A DNA stretch of 64,000 nucleotides from Gracilinanus agilis (lineage: Eukaryota): assembly GCF_016433145.1 (NCBI RefSeq), contig NC_058132.1:123313319-123377318 (forward strand), given 5' to 3'. Numbering within the stretch: position 1 is the first letter of the stretch; each line of letters opens with the position of its first letter. A program made the position numbers and the translations under genes. This document shows positions 1 to 13,069 of the stretch, piece after piece. The notes under the pieces were generated by a model that worked only from the letters and a program-made list of their open reading frames with translations, did not search any database and was not told the DNA's origin.

Positions 1-2
<2 letters not shown>

Positions 3-39
<37 letters not shown>
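3..39. repeat. (TA)n microsatellite
   Basis: Pure TA run seen directly. Confidence 0.98.
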
Positions 40-42
<3 letters not shown>

Positions 43-261
43 AAGAGACAACATTATATGTAGAGAGGATAAACTAGTGACCTTTACAATACCACATTTT
101 ACCCACAGATAAAGCAAGGAAATCTATTGTTACCACTTCTTTTTAATAGAGTGCTAGAAATAATGTGTGTCTTTGTCTTTGTAGTGCTATAACAATAAGA
201 CAAAAAAAAAAAGAAATTAAGGGAATAAGCATAGGCAAAGAAAAAAAACAAGATTATTTCC

Positions 262-1157
262 TTTTTTTAAGTTGAATTTTATTTTTTCCGATTACACGTA
301 GAAACAATTTTTGACAATTGTTTTCTGACATTTTGTGATTCAGATTCTCTCCCTTCCTATCTCCCTCTCCTTCACCAAGGCAGTAAATAGTTTAATAGGT
401 TATATCAGTGCTTTCATGCAATATGTATTTCCATATTTCCTATGCCATGACTGAAGACACCTATCACAAATATAATAAACTCGTGAAAGAAATAAAATGA
501 AAGATAGTGTGCTTGCTTTGATTTGCAATCAAATTCCATCAGTTTCTTCTTTGCTTGTGGATAGTGGATAATGTATGTGTGTGTCTGTGTGTTTTATCAT
601 GAGTCCTTCAAATTATCTTGGAACATTGTTTTGCTGATAATAGTTTAGTCTTTCACAGTTGATCATTATACAATGTGTCTGTTTCTGTATACATAGTTCT
701 TCAGGTTCTGCTCATTTTACTTTGTATCATTTCATAAGTCTTTATAGGTTTTTCTGAACTCGTCTTGTTCATTATTTCTTATGGTGTAACAGTTTTCCAT
801 TACAACCGTATACCACTACTTATTCAGCCATTCTCCCATAATTCTTTACAACTACAAAAATAGCTGCTAAAAATATTTTTGTCCAAATAGGCCCTTTCTC
901 CCTCTTTGATCTCTTTGGTATAGAAACCCAGTAGTAGTATTGCTGAAGCAAAGGATATAGACAGCTTTATGGTCCTTGATCATGGTTCCATATTGGTCCA
1001 GAATGGTTATATTAGTTCACAGTTCCACCAATAATGCATTAGTGCCCCAATTTTCCCATATCCTCTCCAACATTTATCATTTCCATTTTTGGTCATATTA
1101 GCCACTCTGATAGGTCTGAAGTGGCATTTGAGAGTTGTTTTAATTTGCACTTCTCTA
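262..1157 (-). mobile_element. L1 LINE, 3' UTR plus ORF2 C-terminal end (old marsupial L1)
   Basis: T-run at left; marsupial L1 3'UTR motifs; right end reverse-translates to an IREMQIKTTL-like ORF2 motif. Confidence 0.9.
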
Positions 1158-1177
1158 GGATTATTGCTTTTTTGCAA

Positions 1178-1745
1178 ACAATATGGTGTGCTTAGATAAT
1201 CCTATAGAGTAAACTAAAAAAGTAATTGAAATTATTAATAACTTTAACAAAATTGAAGGATATAGAATAAGTCTGTAAAAATCATTGGCTTTTCTGTATA
1301 TTGCCAACAAAACTGAACAGGAAGAGATAGAAAGAGAAATAGAATTTAAAACAACTACAAAATATATAAATGACACAAGAATTTGTTTACCCATACATAT
1401 ACAGGATATGAATAAAATTATAAAACACTATTTATGAAAATAAGGACAGAATTAAATAATTGTAGGAACATTAAAGGATATATTATAGAACAGGCTATTA
1501 TATCAAAAATGATAATAGTATCTAAATCAACTTACTAATTGAATGTCCTATCAGATAAACTACCAATGGATTACTCTTTTGAGCTAGGAAAAAATAATAA
1601 TAAAATTAATCTGGAGGAATAAAAGGTCAAAGAATATTAAGGAAAATAATAAAGTGGGAAAGGAGATCTATCATGATCAGATCTCAAACTATTCTACAAA
1701 GTAGTAATCATCAAAATAATTCAGTAATGGTTGAAAGTAAATAAA
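1178..1745 (+). mobile_element. L1 ORF2 internal fragment (post-RT region), opposite orientation to the adjacent L1
   Basis: A-rich degenerate ORF2 sequence (aacaaaattgaaggatatagaataa..., gatctcaaactattctacaaagtagtaatcatcaaaataatt); abuts the minus-strand L1. Confidence 0.85.
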
Positions 1746-1759
1746 TAAATTTAAAGGAC

Positions 1760-2050
1760 TCTGGGATGTTTAAGTTGGAGGAGAAAAGATTGACAGAGAA
1801 CTTGCTAGACCTCTTCATGTATTTGGAAGGCTATGATGTCAAAGAGCTCAATTTGTTTCACAAAATAAAGACTTGATTTCCCAGTCTGCCACTTATCATC
1901 TGAGTAACCCCAAGCAAGTAGAAATTGCAAAGATGCATATTTTGGCTTCATTTAAAGAAACATGTAATCACTGAAGATGCCCCAAAATATAATAGGTTTA
2001 GTGAATTTCCTGTCAGTGGTGGTTTTCAAGCAGAAGCTTACTATTTGTTG
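1760..2050 (+). mobile_element. CR1/L3 LINE 3' fragment with small MIR insert
   Basis: ctgggatgtttaagttggaggagaaaagatt...gtgaatttcctgtcagtggtggttttcaagcag resembles the L3/CR1 3' consensus. Confidence 0.7.
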
Positions 2051-2580
2051 GTAGGTACTCCTGCTCAGGTATGGAATGTATTGGTTGGTCTTTGATAGCT
2101 TCATCAACTCTGACCTTCTGCAACTTGTCCACGGTCATATAGGAAGCTCACAAATAATGAAAATGGGAGAGCACTTTAATCATCAGACTATGCCAGGTCC
2201 CAGTCAACAAGAGTGCCAAACAATAAAAGAATTTATTCCATTATGCATAAACCATCACTGTATGGCTGTGAATTGTGAATCATGGAATGCCTTAACCTCT
2301 AAAGAATCAAAATCATGAATGACTGAGAGAATGATGAAGAAGTATATGAGGAGCATGCATAAGCTATAACAGAAGAAAACAGAAAGCAATTCTGAAAGCC
2401 ATAAAAACAGTGCAATGTTCTTACTACTTTGTTAAATTTAATATCCATTTAAAAAAATCAAATTGTATATTATAGTTTTTCATATGTATTCTAATTTGGG
2501 GGGTCTTCTTTATATAATGAAATGTTTGTGCATGTTGTTGATTGTTGAGTTCATTGTGAAAAAGCAATTAAAAAAAAAAT

Positions 2581-2774
2581 AAACCCTTACCTTCCCGTCT
2601 TGGAATCAATACTGTGTACTGGTTGTAAGGCAGAAGAGTGGTAAGGGCTAGGCAATAGGGGTCAAGTGACTTTCCCAGGGTCACAAAACTAGGAAGTACC
2701 CGAGGCCAGATTTGAATCTAGGACCTAGGATCTCTAGGCTTTGCTCTCAACCCACTGAGCCACCCAGCTGCCCC
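2581..2774 (-). mobile_element. SINE1_Mdo-type SINE
   Basis: aaacccttaccttcc.gtcttggaatcaatactgtg...ccactgagccacccagctgcccc, the diagnostic opossum SINE1 sequence. Confidence 0.95.
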
Positions 2775-2839
2775 CCCACCCCAAATCAGATTTTTAAAAA
2801 GAAAGGAAAAATAAGTAGGCTGCAGCATATTATTGATGA

Positions 2840-3080
2840 TAACCCACTTACAAGGACTCATGTAAAGGAATATTATTAAGAAAATGTATTATTGGGAAAG
2901 AAAATGATCATGTAGCAAAAAGGAGAGAGAATTTAGGAATAGCTCAAGAGCTACCAATGGAATGTTAAAAGACCTATAGAAAAGCCTTGGACTGGATGGA
3001 TACCCTGATTAGGTCCTCTAGGATACATTGATGGGAAGATGGTAATAAGAATTATACAGAATGAGAAGTATGGGAGGGCA
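2840..3080 (+). mobile_element. RTE-clade LINE 3' fragment (old)
   Basis: Degenerate match to the RTE C-terminal motif region (gatcatgtagcaa...aatgttaaaaga). Confidence 0.45.
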
Positions 3081-3084
3081 GGAA

Positions 3085-3330
3085 ATCAGCCTTTATTAAG
3101 AGCCTTTATTAAACAGATACTTTGCCAAGAGCTTTAAAAATATCACCTCAGTTGATCTTTACAATTCTATGAGGTAGGTGCTGAAAAGATCCTCATTTTT
3201 ATAGTTGAGAAAACAGACAGAGATTAAATAGCTTGCTTAGGGTTACACAGCTAGTGTCTGAGGCTGAATTTTAACCCAGGTCTTCCTGACACCAGACCCA
3301 ACATGCTACCCACTGTGCTGCCTAGCTGTC
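3085..3330 (-). mobile_element. MIR/core-SINE
   Basis: Core-SINE signature cctcattttt.tag.tgag.aaac...agggttacacagctagt. Many further MIR and L2 fragments in the window are not listed individually. Confidence 0.85.
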
Positions 3331-3659
3331 TCAACATATGTAACATTGGAAAGATTATCCACATTACAACAATTCATCAAAACACTGAAATAGATGTACA
3401 AAACAGGTATAGATTAAGCTAGTTTAACTACAATCATGTTATACCTGTTAAATATTTCCTAAACATTATAAGTTAAGCAGAAAAACCACCCTTCTATCCC
3501 TTAAAGCAACTTGATAGAATCAAACAAGTAATTTTTAGTGGGTGTATATTTTAGTAGCACCAGGAAGATTACTTTCTGCCTAAAAATATCTCAAGTTCAA
3601 TATTGTAGGGTTTTAAAAAATCTTAGAATTAGAGATCCATTTGAGGCCAACTAGTGTAA

Positions 3660-4040
3660 ATCACTCCATGGCTCCCCATTGCCTCTAGGATCAAAAATGA
3701 ATGCTTATTTTTTGGCAATTAATCTTTTCATAACCTGGATATAATGTATTTTTCCAGGCTTGTATTACTTCGCTTCTTTTCATGTCCTTTGCAATCCAGT
3801 CAGTGACCTTCTTATTCTTCCTCACCTCTGATATTCCAGTCCTCTTCTCTTCATGTTTTTCCCCCCAGAATGTCTTCCATACCTAGAATTCATTCTTTTC
3901 TCACCTCTGTTTCATAGAATCCTAGATTTCCTTTACCTGCTATAGGAACAACATAGTAGCAATCTTTCCTGAACCCCCAAGATGCTAATTGCTCCCCTAC
4001 CTGAATTACTTGAAATATTTATTTTCTGTTAATGTGCCAT
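3660..4040 (+). mobile_element. L2 LINE 3' fragment
   Basis: ctccatggctccccattgcctctaggatcaaaa... and ttcctgaacccc, typical L2 3' end. Confidence 0.75.
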
Positions 4041-4041
4041 A

Positions 4042-4105
<64 letters not shown>

Positions 4106-4535
4106 ATCCATCCATCCATCTCTATCAATATCTATCTATGTATCTATCATGTATGTATGTATGTATCTATCTATCTATCTATCTATCTATTTATCTAATC
4201 CATCCATCTCTATCGATANNNNNNNNNNNNNNNNNNNNNNNNNNNNNNNNNNNNNNNNNNNNNNNNNNNNNNNNNNNNNNNNNNNNNNNNNNNNNNNNNN
4301 NNNNNNNNNNNNNNNNNNNNNNNNNNNNNNNNNNNNNNNNNNNNNNNNNNNNNNNNNNNNNNNNAGATATCTATCTATGTATCTATCCATGTATCTATAT
4401 ATCTATGTATCTATGTATGTATGTATGTATGTATCTATCTATCTATCTATCTAATCCATCCATCCATTTCTATCAATATCTATCTGTCTCTATCTATCTT
4501 TTTATCTATCTGTCTGTCTGACTGTTAATCTATCT
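4041..4535. repeat. Compound (TCTG)/(TCTA)/(TCCA)/(TGTA) microsatellite spanning a gap
   Basis: Seen directly; produces the low-complexity ORFs at 3989-4521. Confidence 0.97.
4219..4364. other. Assembly gap (146 N)
   Basis: N run. Confidence 1.
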
Positions 4536-5176
4536 GTCCGCCTCCAGAAGAATGCAGGCTTCTTAAGAACAGACACTGCTTTGTGCTCTCTTTGTATTTT
4601 GAATGCTCAGATATAAGTACTTAATAAATATTTTTTGATCGACTGAAATGTCGCATTCATACCTTAATTCAATCAGATCGTCTCCTCCTGATACCTACCT
4701 TTGATGGCAGTAAGGGGACTTTCAGTTTTGAGGGGGAACATAAGGAGGAAATAACTGGGAGCACTGGATATTTCAGGGGAGGTTAGGCCTGGTGGGAAAA
4801 ATGGGCTGCAACAGAGTTTGCTTATCCAGCATAAGAGACCTAGAATCAGCTCCACTCTAACAATAAAAATTCACCTTGTGGCATAATGAAAATAACATAG
4901 TGTGGACTAAGAAGGGCTTAGTTCAAGTGTTAGTTCTTAATATAATCTATAAGACTATTAGTTAGCCAATCTCTGAGCCTCAGTTTACTCGCCTATAAAA
5001 AAGGGTCATAATAGTTGAGTAAGTCACTTCCCATGGCTATTGTATGAGCCAAATGAAATGATGTTGGGAAATAATCAAACCCAGACCAGTCCATGATGAC
5101 TTGGACAACCTCTCCACTCCTATCCCGGCAGGCTTCTCATTCTGGCCATGCCTCCACCCTTGAGGCCTCTTTGTCC

Positions 5177-6532
5177 TTTTTTAAAAATTGTTTTATTTTT
5201 TCAGTTATAATTTTTGATAATTGTTTTCTGACATTTTGTAATTCAGATTCTCTCCCTCCCTGCCTGCCCTGCTTTCCTGAGGTGGTAAGTAGTATGATAC
5301 AGGTTATACCAGGGCTTACAATAATTTCATATTCCCCATGTCATGACTGAGGATACATACAGCAAAAAACTCATGGAGGAAATAAAGTGAAGGATAGTGT
5401 GCTTTGGTTTGCAATCGGATATTAACAATTCCTTCTCTGGCTATGGATAGTGGGTTTTAAAAAATCATATTTAATAAGATTTTTATATCACACAAAATAT
5501 AAAATATATTATTGTATTTATTATGTTATATGTAAGATATATTAAGATAATCCTTAGGGTTAGCTTAAAACTTTGTTCTGCTGATAATAGTTTAGTCCTT
5601 CACAGTTGATCATTGTACATGATTTCTGTTACTGTATACACAGTCCTCCTAGTTCTACTCACTTTACTTTGTATTGCTTCATACAAATGTTTCCAGATTT
5701 TTCTGAACTCATCCTATTCATTTCTTATGACACAATAGTTTACCATTACAACTATATATCATATCATAGCTTTTTCAGCCATTCCTCAATTGATGGACAC
5801 TCCCTCAGTTTCCAATTTTTTGCCACTCCAAAAAATCTGCTAAAATATTTTTCTAGGGGGCAGCTGTGTGACTCGGTGGTTTGAGAGCCAGATCTAGAGA
5901 TGGGAAGTCCTGGGTTCCAATCTGGCCTCAGACACTTCCTAGCTGTGTGACCCTGGGCAAGTCACTTAACCCACATTGCCTACCCCTTTATGGCTCTTCT
6001 GCCTTGGAATCAATTCGCAATATTGATTCTAAGATGGAATGTAAAGGCTTAAAAAAAAAATTTGTAAAAGTAAGTCCTCTTCCCTTGTAGAAATTTAATA
6101 CCAGTCTGTACCCCTTTCTTTGCTCTTATCTCTTTGGGATATAGACCCAGTAGTGGCATTGCTGGATGAAAGGGTATGGATAGTTTTATGGCTCTTTGGG
6201 CATGTTTCCATATTGTTTGCCAGAATGATTGTTATCAGTTCACAGTTCCCCCAACAATGCATTAATGTCTTAATTTCCCCATATCTCCTCCAAATTTATC
6301 ATTTTCCTTTTTGGTCAGATTAGTCACTTTGATAGGTGTGAGGTGGTATCAGAACTATTTTAACTTATATTTGTCTCATCAGTAGTGATTTGGAGCATTT
6401 CCTCGTATAACTAGATATAGTTTTAATTTCTTCACCTGAGAATTATCTGTTCATATTCTTTGCCCATTTGTCAATTGGGGAATACTTTATGTTCTTATAA
6501 ATCTGGCTCAGTTTTCTATATATTTGAGAACT
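5177..6532 (-). mobile_element. L1 3' UTR plus ORF2 C-terminal fragment, interrupted by a SINE
   Basis: Same marsupial L1 3' motifs as 262-1157; continuous across the SINE insertion. Confidence 0.9.
5856..6060 (+). mobile_element. SINE1_Mdo-type SINE nested in L1
   Basis: gggggcagctg...gcttaaaaaaaaaa head-to-tail copy with A tail. Confidence 0.95.
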
Positions 6533-8114
6533 GAAGGAGCTCCTCTTCCAATCGGAGAGTTCCTCTTTGCAAATCTCACTTGAGGAAGCACCCCCACCAA
6601 CTATGCCCACATCAAACCAATATCAGCTCAGGATTCCCTGAACCACCCTCTATTTTCTATCCCTTCCTCTTTGAACCTTGCCTTTTTTTAGTTGTCTTCT
6701 CTTAGATAACAAACTTTTGAAGGCAAGGATTTTCTTTTGGTTTATATTTGTATCTCCAGCATTTAACACAGTGCCTGGCATCTAGTAAGTACCTAATAAA
6801 AGCTTCATCTATCAATCTACATCTGTGGTGTGAGACCAAAAAGGATGGATAATTATAACTATTATTATTATTAGTTGTAGCAATCATATTTCTAATTTAT
6901 ACAATACCTCTCTTTCCAATAAGCTTGATATATTGAGAGACTCTGAATATGACTAAGAGTCCTAGAATTGGATTTTATGTTGAATTGCCCTCTAAATATG
7001 TCAACAATGACTTTTATCACAGGGGAACATGACTCAAAGCAAATCTCTCTCTATAAGCTAATTAAGAAGGGATGTAAAACTGTGTCAAGCCAGGACAGTG
7101 TTGAAGGAGGGATGCTGACTATACTGAAAGTGTTGCATAAGCCATTTTTTCACCCCACCCCTCAAAATGTTTAATGAGCTCTTGGGACAGCTCAGATCTG
7201 TTTGTTGGAGCAGCACTTCGGAATACAACTGATTTTTCTGTAGCCTTGGTATTAATTTCCATCTTATGATAAAGGGGGTTTAAAGTATTTGTGAGTATCA
7301 ATGGAAGCTAATCAGAGAGCCCATTAAGAGCAATTCAAAGTCATGTGGACATAAACGCAGCTTTTGTCATTCATTCACATGCCCTGGATTCTCAAAGTTT
7401 CTTGCCTCCACCCACTGAAAATAGATATCCCCTTTCCCTCCAGAAGTAAATGCTGAATATCAGATTAGGAAGGGGCCTTGGTGTTTAAAGGATGAAAAAC
7501 TGAGCATAAAATCAGAAATTCCAATCTTCTCATTTTGTAGATGAGGGAACTGCGACCTGGAAAAGGGAATGGCCTTCCTAAAGTAACACAAATAGCCCGA
7601 ATGAAAGTAACCTGAGGAAAAAACAGATTTAGGTTTGTTTTTTTTTTTTTTAGATTTTAGTGCCTTTAGTGCCTTTCTCTCTATCTAACAATAATCCTGA
7701 TGATTCCTGTCACCACCTACCTCTTGAGAAAGTCTCTCAAAAGCCCTAAGTCTCTACAAGTATTTAGGCTACAGTGCTATTGTTTTGGAACAATTTTAAC
7801 AAAATGATAATCTGAGGCAAATTGAGCAAGATTACATTTATGAACAGGGGCGTGCTACTTGTCAATAAATAATAAGTGGGTCAGTGGCTTGCCTCCAGTC
7901 ATTCCAGCTCCTGAGCAGATAGACACTTCTCTTTTTTATAGGTTTTTGGGAGTACAGAACAAAGCAAGCAAGGTGGAATTGAGTACAAAATGATGGCTTA
8001 CAGAGCCTAAGCACAAAGAACAACATGACAAGTTGGAGGTTTAGTAATGGGACTAGCAGCACCGTCTACCCCCTTCTCTCATAAGACTCATTGTTGGAGT
8101 CAAGGTGTGAGATA

Positions 8115-8782
8115 TGTGTAAATGGAATTAGCTTATCCTCATTCATCCTTTAGACTCTAGCCATCAGAAATAATGTCACCCCACCCAACTTAGAATTAAG
8201 TGGGGAGGGGAAGGTCTGTTACCCACAGGTGACAATAAGTAGCAAATCAAAAACAAGGGGCTGCCCTTTGGGCAGTCCAAAACAGTGTTGAGGCTGCCAT
8301 TTGTCCACTTGAAATTGGAGGTGGATGCAGGAAGTGATGAAAGATGTTATCTTTTAAATGTGATGGTAACTTCCTGTGAAGGCAGTTGGCGCTTTGAACT
8401 TGGTGTAGAAGGATCTCTGGTGAGACCTCAGATGGCTTCCCTCTGAATTGTCACGTGGGTAAGTAAGGCTGACTTCCTTTCTCCTCCCTTGGCATTTCTG
8501 GAGGCTCTACCCTTAAGGAGGCCTCTCTTGCCTCTCTAATTGTAAAAGGCCTTGTGGCTAGTAGCCTTGTTTAATTAACCTCTGTATCCCTCTGCTGGGC
8601 CTCTAAATTCTTTTCTGGTCCGGGCCAGAGTTTCTCTCTCTCTATTTCCCTACCTTCAACCTTCCTAATTGTAAATAAAATTCCATAAAAGTCATTCTGA
8701 CTTGGGTCTATTTTTTCATTTGAAATCGAGTTAATCTGATTTCTGGCGACCATACCTTAAATATCTAGTTTCCCCTCTTACA
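8115..8782 (+). mobile_element. ERV solo LTR (probably ERV1 class)
   Basis: TGT...ACA termini; 4-bp TSD GATA (8111-8114 / 8783-8786); AATAAA at 8674-8679; 3' end ttctggcgacca...tatctag typical of opossum ERV LTRs (recalled, not searched). Confidence 0.8.
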
Positions 8783-10289
8783 GATAGCAGCCCAAACTTT
8801 TGGACAGCAAACTAGGAATTTTTGAAGGATAGCTTGGTGGCTAAAGATATCAGATCCAATTCCCTTTCCTTCTCACAGAGAGGTTATAAAAGATGCATAA
8901 TTAGCAGGATAGCTGAATTTCTAAACTTAACCATTACAGACAAGCTACATTCTGAACTAATTTCAGAAACAAAGACCTATGACTTAAGCAGTTACAGGAC
9001 AAAATTAATTATTTGAACATAAAATCAATAAGAAAATGATACAGGATCAATTTTTAATCTCCTCAGTGTTAAATGTAGATTAATTTGTTGAAGACAGCAA
9101 GGATCAGAGAGGAGATTAGCATCTAAGCCCCTTTATCAATACAACAGTTAAAACTCCTACCAGTAAATCCTTTCCCCTAGAAGTTCAACCACTGTATTCA
9201 CAAAATCTCATAGTTCTGCATCTAATGGAACAGCAACAATTGAGGGCCTTAGTAAAGGGAGAGATCTGTGTCTCATCCTTTGCTTAATTCCACCTGGGGT
9301 CTATTTGCTTCTTTGTTTTAGCATCTCTTTGCCTACTCCCACTCCTATACTTTCTCACTTTACAATCTTATAACTCAGCAGATATCTGTAGTGACCATGG
9401 TACCTACCAACCATCTAGCCTCCCACAGTACTAGGACTGAATCTGGAACTTCTTGCCATTTGTCTAAGAAAATGTTTGATTTCCTTCTCCAGTTCAGCTT
9501 CCTTTGGGAGGTATATGCCAATATACATATCGGTTCTATTTCTCCCAATAGACTATAAGCTCCTTGAGAGCAAGGATATGTCTTTTTCATCTTTGTTAAC
9601 CCCTTCAAGTTTATTATAAGTCCTTCTAGAAAGTAAGCATTTAATAGAAATTTGTAGAAAAAAATCAAAGAAAGAATCAAGGAGGGAGGGAAGGAGGGAA
9701 GAAACAGAATGAAGCTTCCAAAGGTATTTGATGATGCAGAAGGCAGACTAGTTTAGGCACTGATTGAGAAGTACAAATGTATTAAATTTGGAATGTTTTT
9801 AAAGTATATGTTTTAATAGTCTGAAAACACACATACTTTTCCATGCAGGGAATTTCTTCCAGTGGATTCCAAGGTGGCATCCATTCCCTTTTATGGCTTT
9901 ACTTATTAAATGTGACCTCAATGGCCGTGTTTCTCAGGGCTTGTATGGGTGGGTGGTTTAGGGCCTGTGAGCCATTGTCAGGGATGTTGTAGAGGGGCTT
10001 CCTGTTCAGAGAAGTCTTGAGCTCAGTGATCTTTGAGATTCTGAGATGCTAGAAAGTATTAAATATAACCAAAGCCTGAAAGGGCAACTTGAGACACTAA
10101 AGCATGTTCAAGCTCAGACTGGGAAAAGGCCTTGGGAGAAATGTTGCCTGCTCCTCCTTCTTTCCTTCTTTTTTTTTTTTTTCCACTCTTCTCCCTTTTA
10201 CCCCTGCAACTGGAAAGGCTTTATAAACCCAGGAAAAGGGTATCCTGGTTTATAGAAAGGCCTGTTCAAAATGAGGCCCACTGAAAGAA

Positions 10290-10512
10290 AAACTTATGAC
10301 TTATCACTTGTTCATATGTATATATGATTTGGGGTTTCTGCTTTATGGTAAAAATGAATAATGTGGAAATAGGTATCAAGTCATAACATTTGTACACCTC
10401 AGTGGAATTGCTTATTGGCTCTGGGAGGGTATAGGGAAGAGGGGAGGGAAAGAAAATGAATCATGTAAACATGGAAAAATATTTTTAAAAGATAAAATTA
10501 AAATTAAAAAAG
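10290..10512 (+). mobile_element. L1 extreme 3' end
   Basis: aatgtggaaataggt...tgtacacctcagtggaattgctt...catggaaaaatatt then A-rich tail. Confidence 0.85.
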
Positions 10513-12011
10513 TAAACAAAAAATGAGGCTTACTGGAGTCACGCCTCTGTCTTCTGACATTTAGCTGCAGATGAGTTTATGATGGGATCCCAGGATCTGG
10601 AGCTAGAGAAGAATTTAAAAATCATCTAATCTAACTGTCACCCAGAAAATAATCCAGGTCCAAAGAGACTCAAATGGCAAAGAAAGAAGTGGGGAGAATG
10701 GAGAGAACAGTGCCAAAGACAAGGTTGGCCTATTTCACTATCTTCCTGAGGTCTGCTTCCACCCAGAGTGATGCTAATACATATGGACTATGAAACAAAT
10801 GTATGTTTCACTCCCATGGGTACCATTTTCCTTCCAAAGGACCTGCTTTCAAGGGGGTATTGGAAACTCCTATGAAGCATGAGGATCACTCTCATATTGC
10901 TTATTAGCATTGTTTTTCCTTCATGGCAACCTGTCAGGCAACCAACAAGCATTTATTAAGCTCCTACTATGTGCCAGGTACCATGTTAAGCATTGAGATA
11001 CAAAGTGAGGCAAAAACACAGGTATCTCTCTTGAGAATCTCACAAGTAAAATTCTATGTCATGATACCATGCCCTTGTGTCATGGATTCCTGGCATAAAT
11101 GACCCAAGTCCCTTTTAGGGGATTCTCTCAGATTCTACAGCCAAAGAAAACTGAGAATATTTCTATAGAGCTCTCTTCTATATAATCTAACCACTTTTTC
11201 ATTTACTAGTATGTTATTCAAAAAGTACCTAAAGAAAAAATATTATGTTGAAATGTAACAGAGAAGAATGTTCAAAATTGTTTTTAACATGTAACTGGAA
11301 AAAAGTATTTTAAAAAGAAGTGTAACTGGGACTTGATAAAAGGAAGTCTGTGCTCTCTACTGTGTCAGGTGATAGATGTAAGTCTATCCCATTAAGAGCT
11401 ACATTTCCCATGAGGTCCCAGATCCCAGGAGATAAGGCTGATTGTAGGCAAGTTGAGACTTTGAGTTCCTGTAAGACATTTTACTGGTGACCCAAAGCAT
11501 GTCATCACAGCAGGAGATGAGAAGAAGTAGAAACTTATCCATGCAGAGGAAATGACCTTGAGTTCTGAGTCATGGCAGTACCTAGGAGATTAATGGCTCT
11601 AGCATGTTCCTAAGATTCCATAGAGCAGGAAGAGATAACCAGTGAGGGAAAGCTAAGCTGGAAGCAGTTAGGTAGTGCAAAAGATGGAGCACTGGTCTTG
11701 GTATCAGGAGGATACAAGTTCAGATTTACAAGCTGTGTATTCTTGGACAAATAAAAAAATTAATTCTGCTTGTCTCCATTCCTTCAACTGTAAAATGGGA
11801 ATAATAATAATAATAATAATAATAATATCTACCTCAAAGCATCATTGTAAGTATTGATAAGATAATATTTATGAAGTGCTTGGCACAGTGCCTGGCATAG
11901 AGTAGGTACCATGTAAATGCAACCTGTATTATTATTTGGAACTGTTTAATGCCAGTATATGCAGTCTTCAAGCAAGGATACTTTCACTGAAGACCAGGCT
12001 TGCCTAATTCT

Positions 12012-12195
12012 AGAGACAGAAAAAGGGAGAGACAGACAGAGAGACAAAGAGGTGTAAAGAGAAAGAAGTACAGAGAGAGACAGACAAGGGGGTACAGAGA
12101 CAGAGAGATGGAGTCACAGAGAAAGACTCAGAGAGACAGGCAAGAGCAATAGGCAGAGAAATAATCACAGAAAAACTAAAACACAGAGACAAAGA
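12012..12195. repeat. GA/GACA-rich low-complexity tract
   Basis: Seen directly. Confidence 0.9.
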
Positions 12196-12331
12196 GAATC
12201 TTTTCCCATTTCAGAACCATATGTCTTAGAGATGCTATTTTCCCAAAATACTCTGGTAAATAAGAGTGAGTATACACCCATCAGGGAATGGGTGTGTTTT
12301 GTATTTTGCTCTTGTCCTGATTAAATGTTTT

Positions 12332-12540
12332 TCTTTTTCTTTTTTTTTAAACTCTTGCCTTCCTTTTTAGAATCAATACCACACACTGGTTTCAAGGTAG
12401 AAGAGCAATAAGGGCCAGGCAATTAGGATTTAATGACTTGCCCAGAGTCACACAGCTAGGAAGTATCTGAGGTCAGATTTGAACCATAAACTTCCTGTCT
12501 CCAAGCCTGGTTTCAATCTACTGTGCTACGTAGTAGCCCC
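12332..12540 (-). mobile_element. SINE1_Mdo-type SINE
   Basis: Diagnostic SINE1 sequence; TSD taaatgtttt on both sides. Confidence 0.92.
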
Positions 12541-12876
12541 TAAATGTTTTATTTTTTAAATGCATGTCCTTTCTTTGATTTGCTACCCTGGTGCAAAATC
12601 AGTTTAGATGATTTTATATGTTCCCAGCTGAGCTAGGAGGGAGTATACTGTCATTTAATAAATCATATATTGACTCTAATACTTTATGTGAATCTAGAGT
12701 TGAGTGGAATTCAGGATACCGAATAAAATGAGGAAAACAAAATAGAAATCCTTGAATAAGAACATGTAAATCCCTAGAATAGGAGATAGAGACCTGTGAT
12801 TTTACTGGAATAGAGTGAAGAAACTCCCTTGATTAATACAGGTCATCCTAGGTAGATTATCTGTCCACTATACCAT

Positions 12877-13069
12877 TACGACCTCATTTTAGGAGTTTTG
12901 GGGCAAAGAAACTGGAGTGACTCGCCATTTCTTTGTCCAGCTCATTTTACAGATGAGGAACTGAGGCAGACAGGGTTAAGTGTCTTGCCCAGGGACACAC
13001 AGCTAGTGTCTGAAACCAGATTTGAATTCATGAAGCCAGCGATCTTTCCACTATACCACCTAGTTGCCC
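12877..13069 (-). mobile_element. MAR1-type core-SINE (RTE-derived tail)
   Basis: tttggggcaaagaaactggagtgactcgccatttctttgtccagctcattttacagatgagg... Confidence 0.85.

Noticed and set aside
3989-4521. ORFs rich in YLSI/MYVC, and X-filled ORFs at 30515-30781 and 54453-54672
   Set aside because: Microsatellite translation and N-gap artefacts.
4673-4855. Possible minus-strand exon ending at AAG|GTAGGT (~4697), peptide GLTSPEISSAPSYFLLMFPLKTESPLTAIK
   Set aside because: Good donor but only a moderate acceptor and no recognisable protein; isolated splice words are common.
7560-7635. Minus-strand acceptor tgttttttcctcag
   Set aside because: Lies at the edge of a MIR fragment; no coding support.
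7925-8040. Strong plus-strand acceptor ttctcttttttatag|G
   Set aside because: All three frames hit stops and there is no good donor.
10217-10261. Imperfect hairpin tataaacccagga / tcctggtttata
   Set aside because: Short, AT-rich, with a bulge; no miRNA- or MITE-like features.
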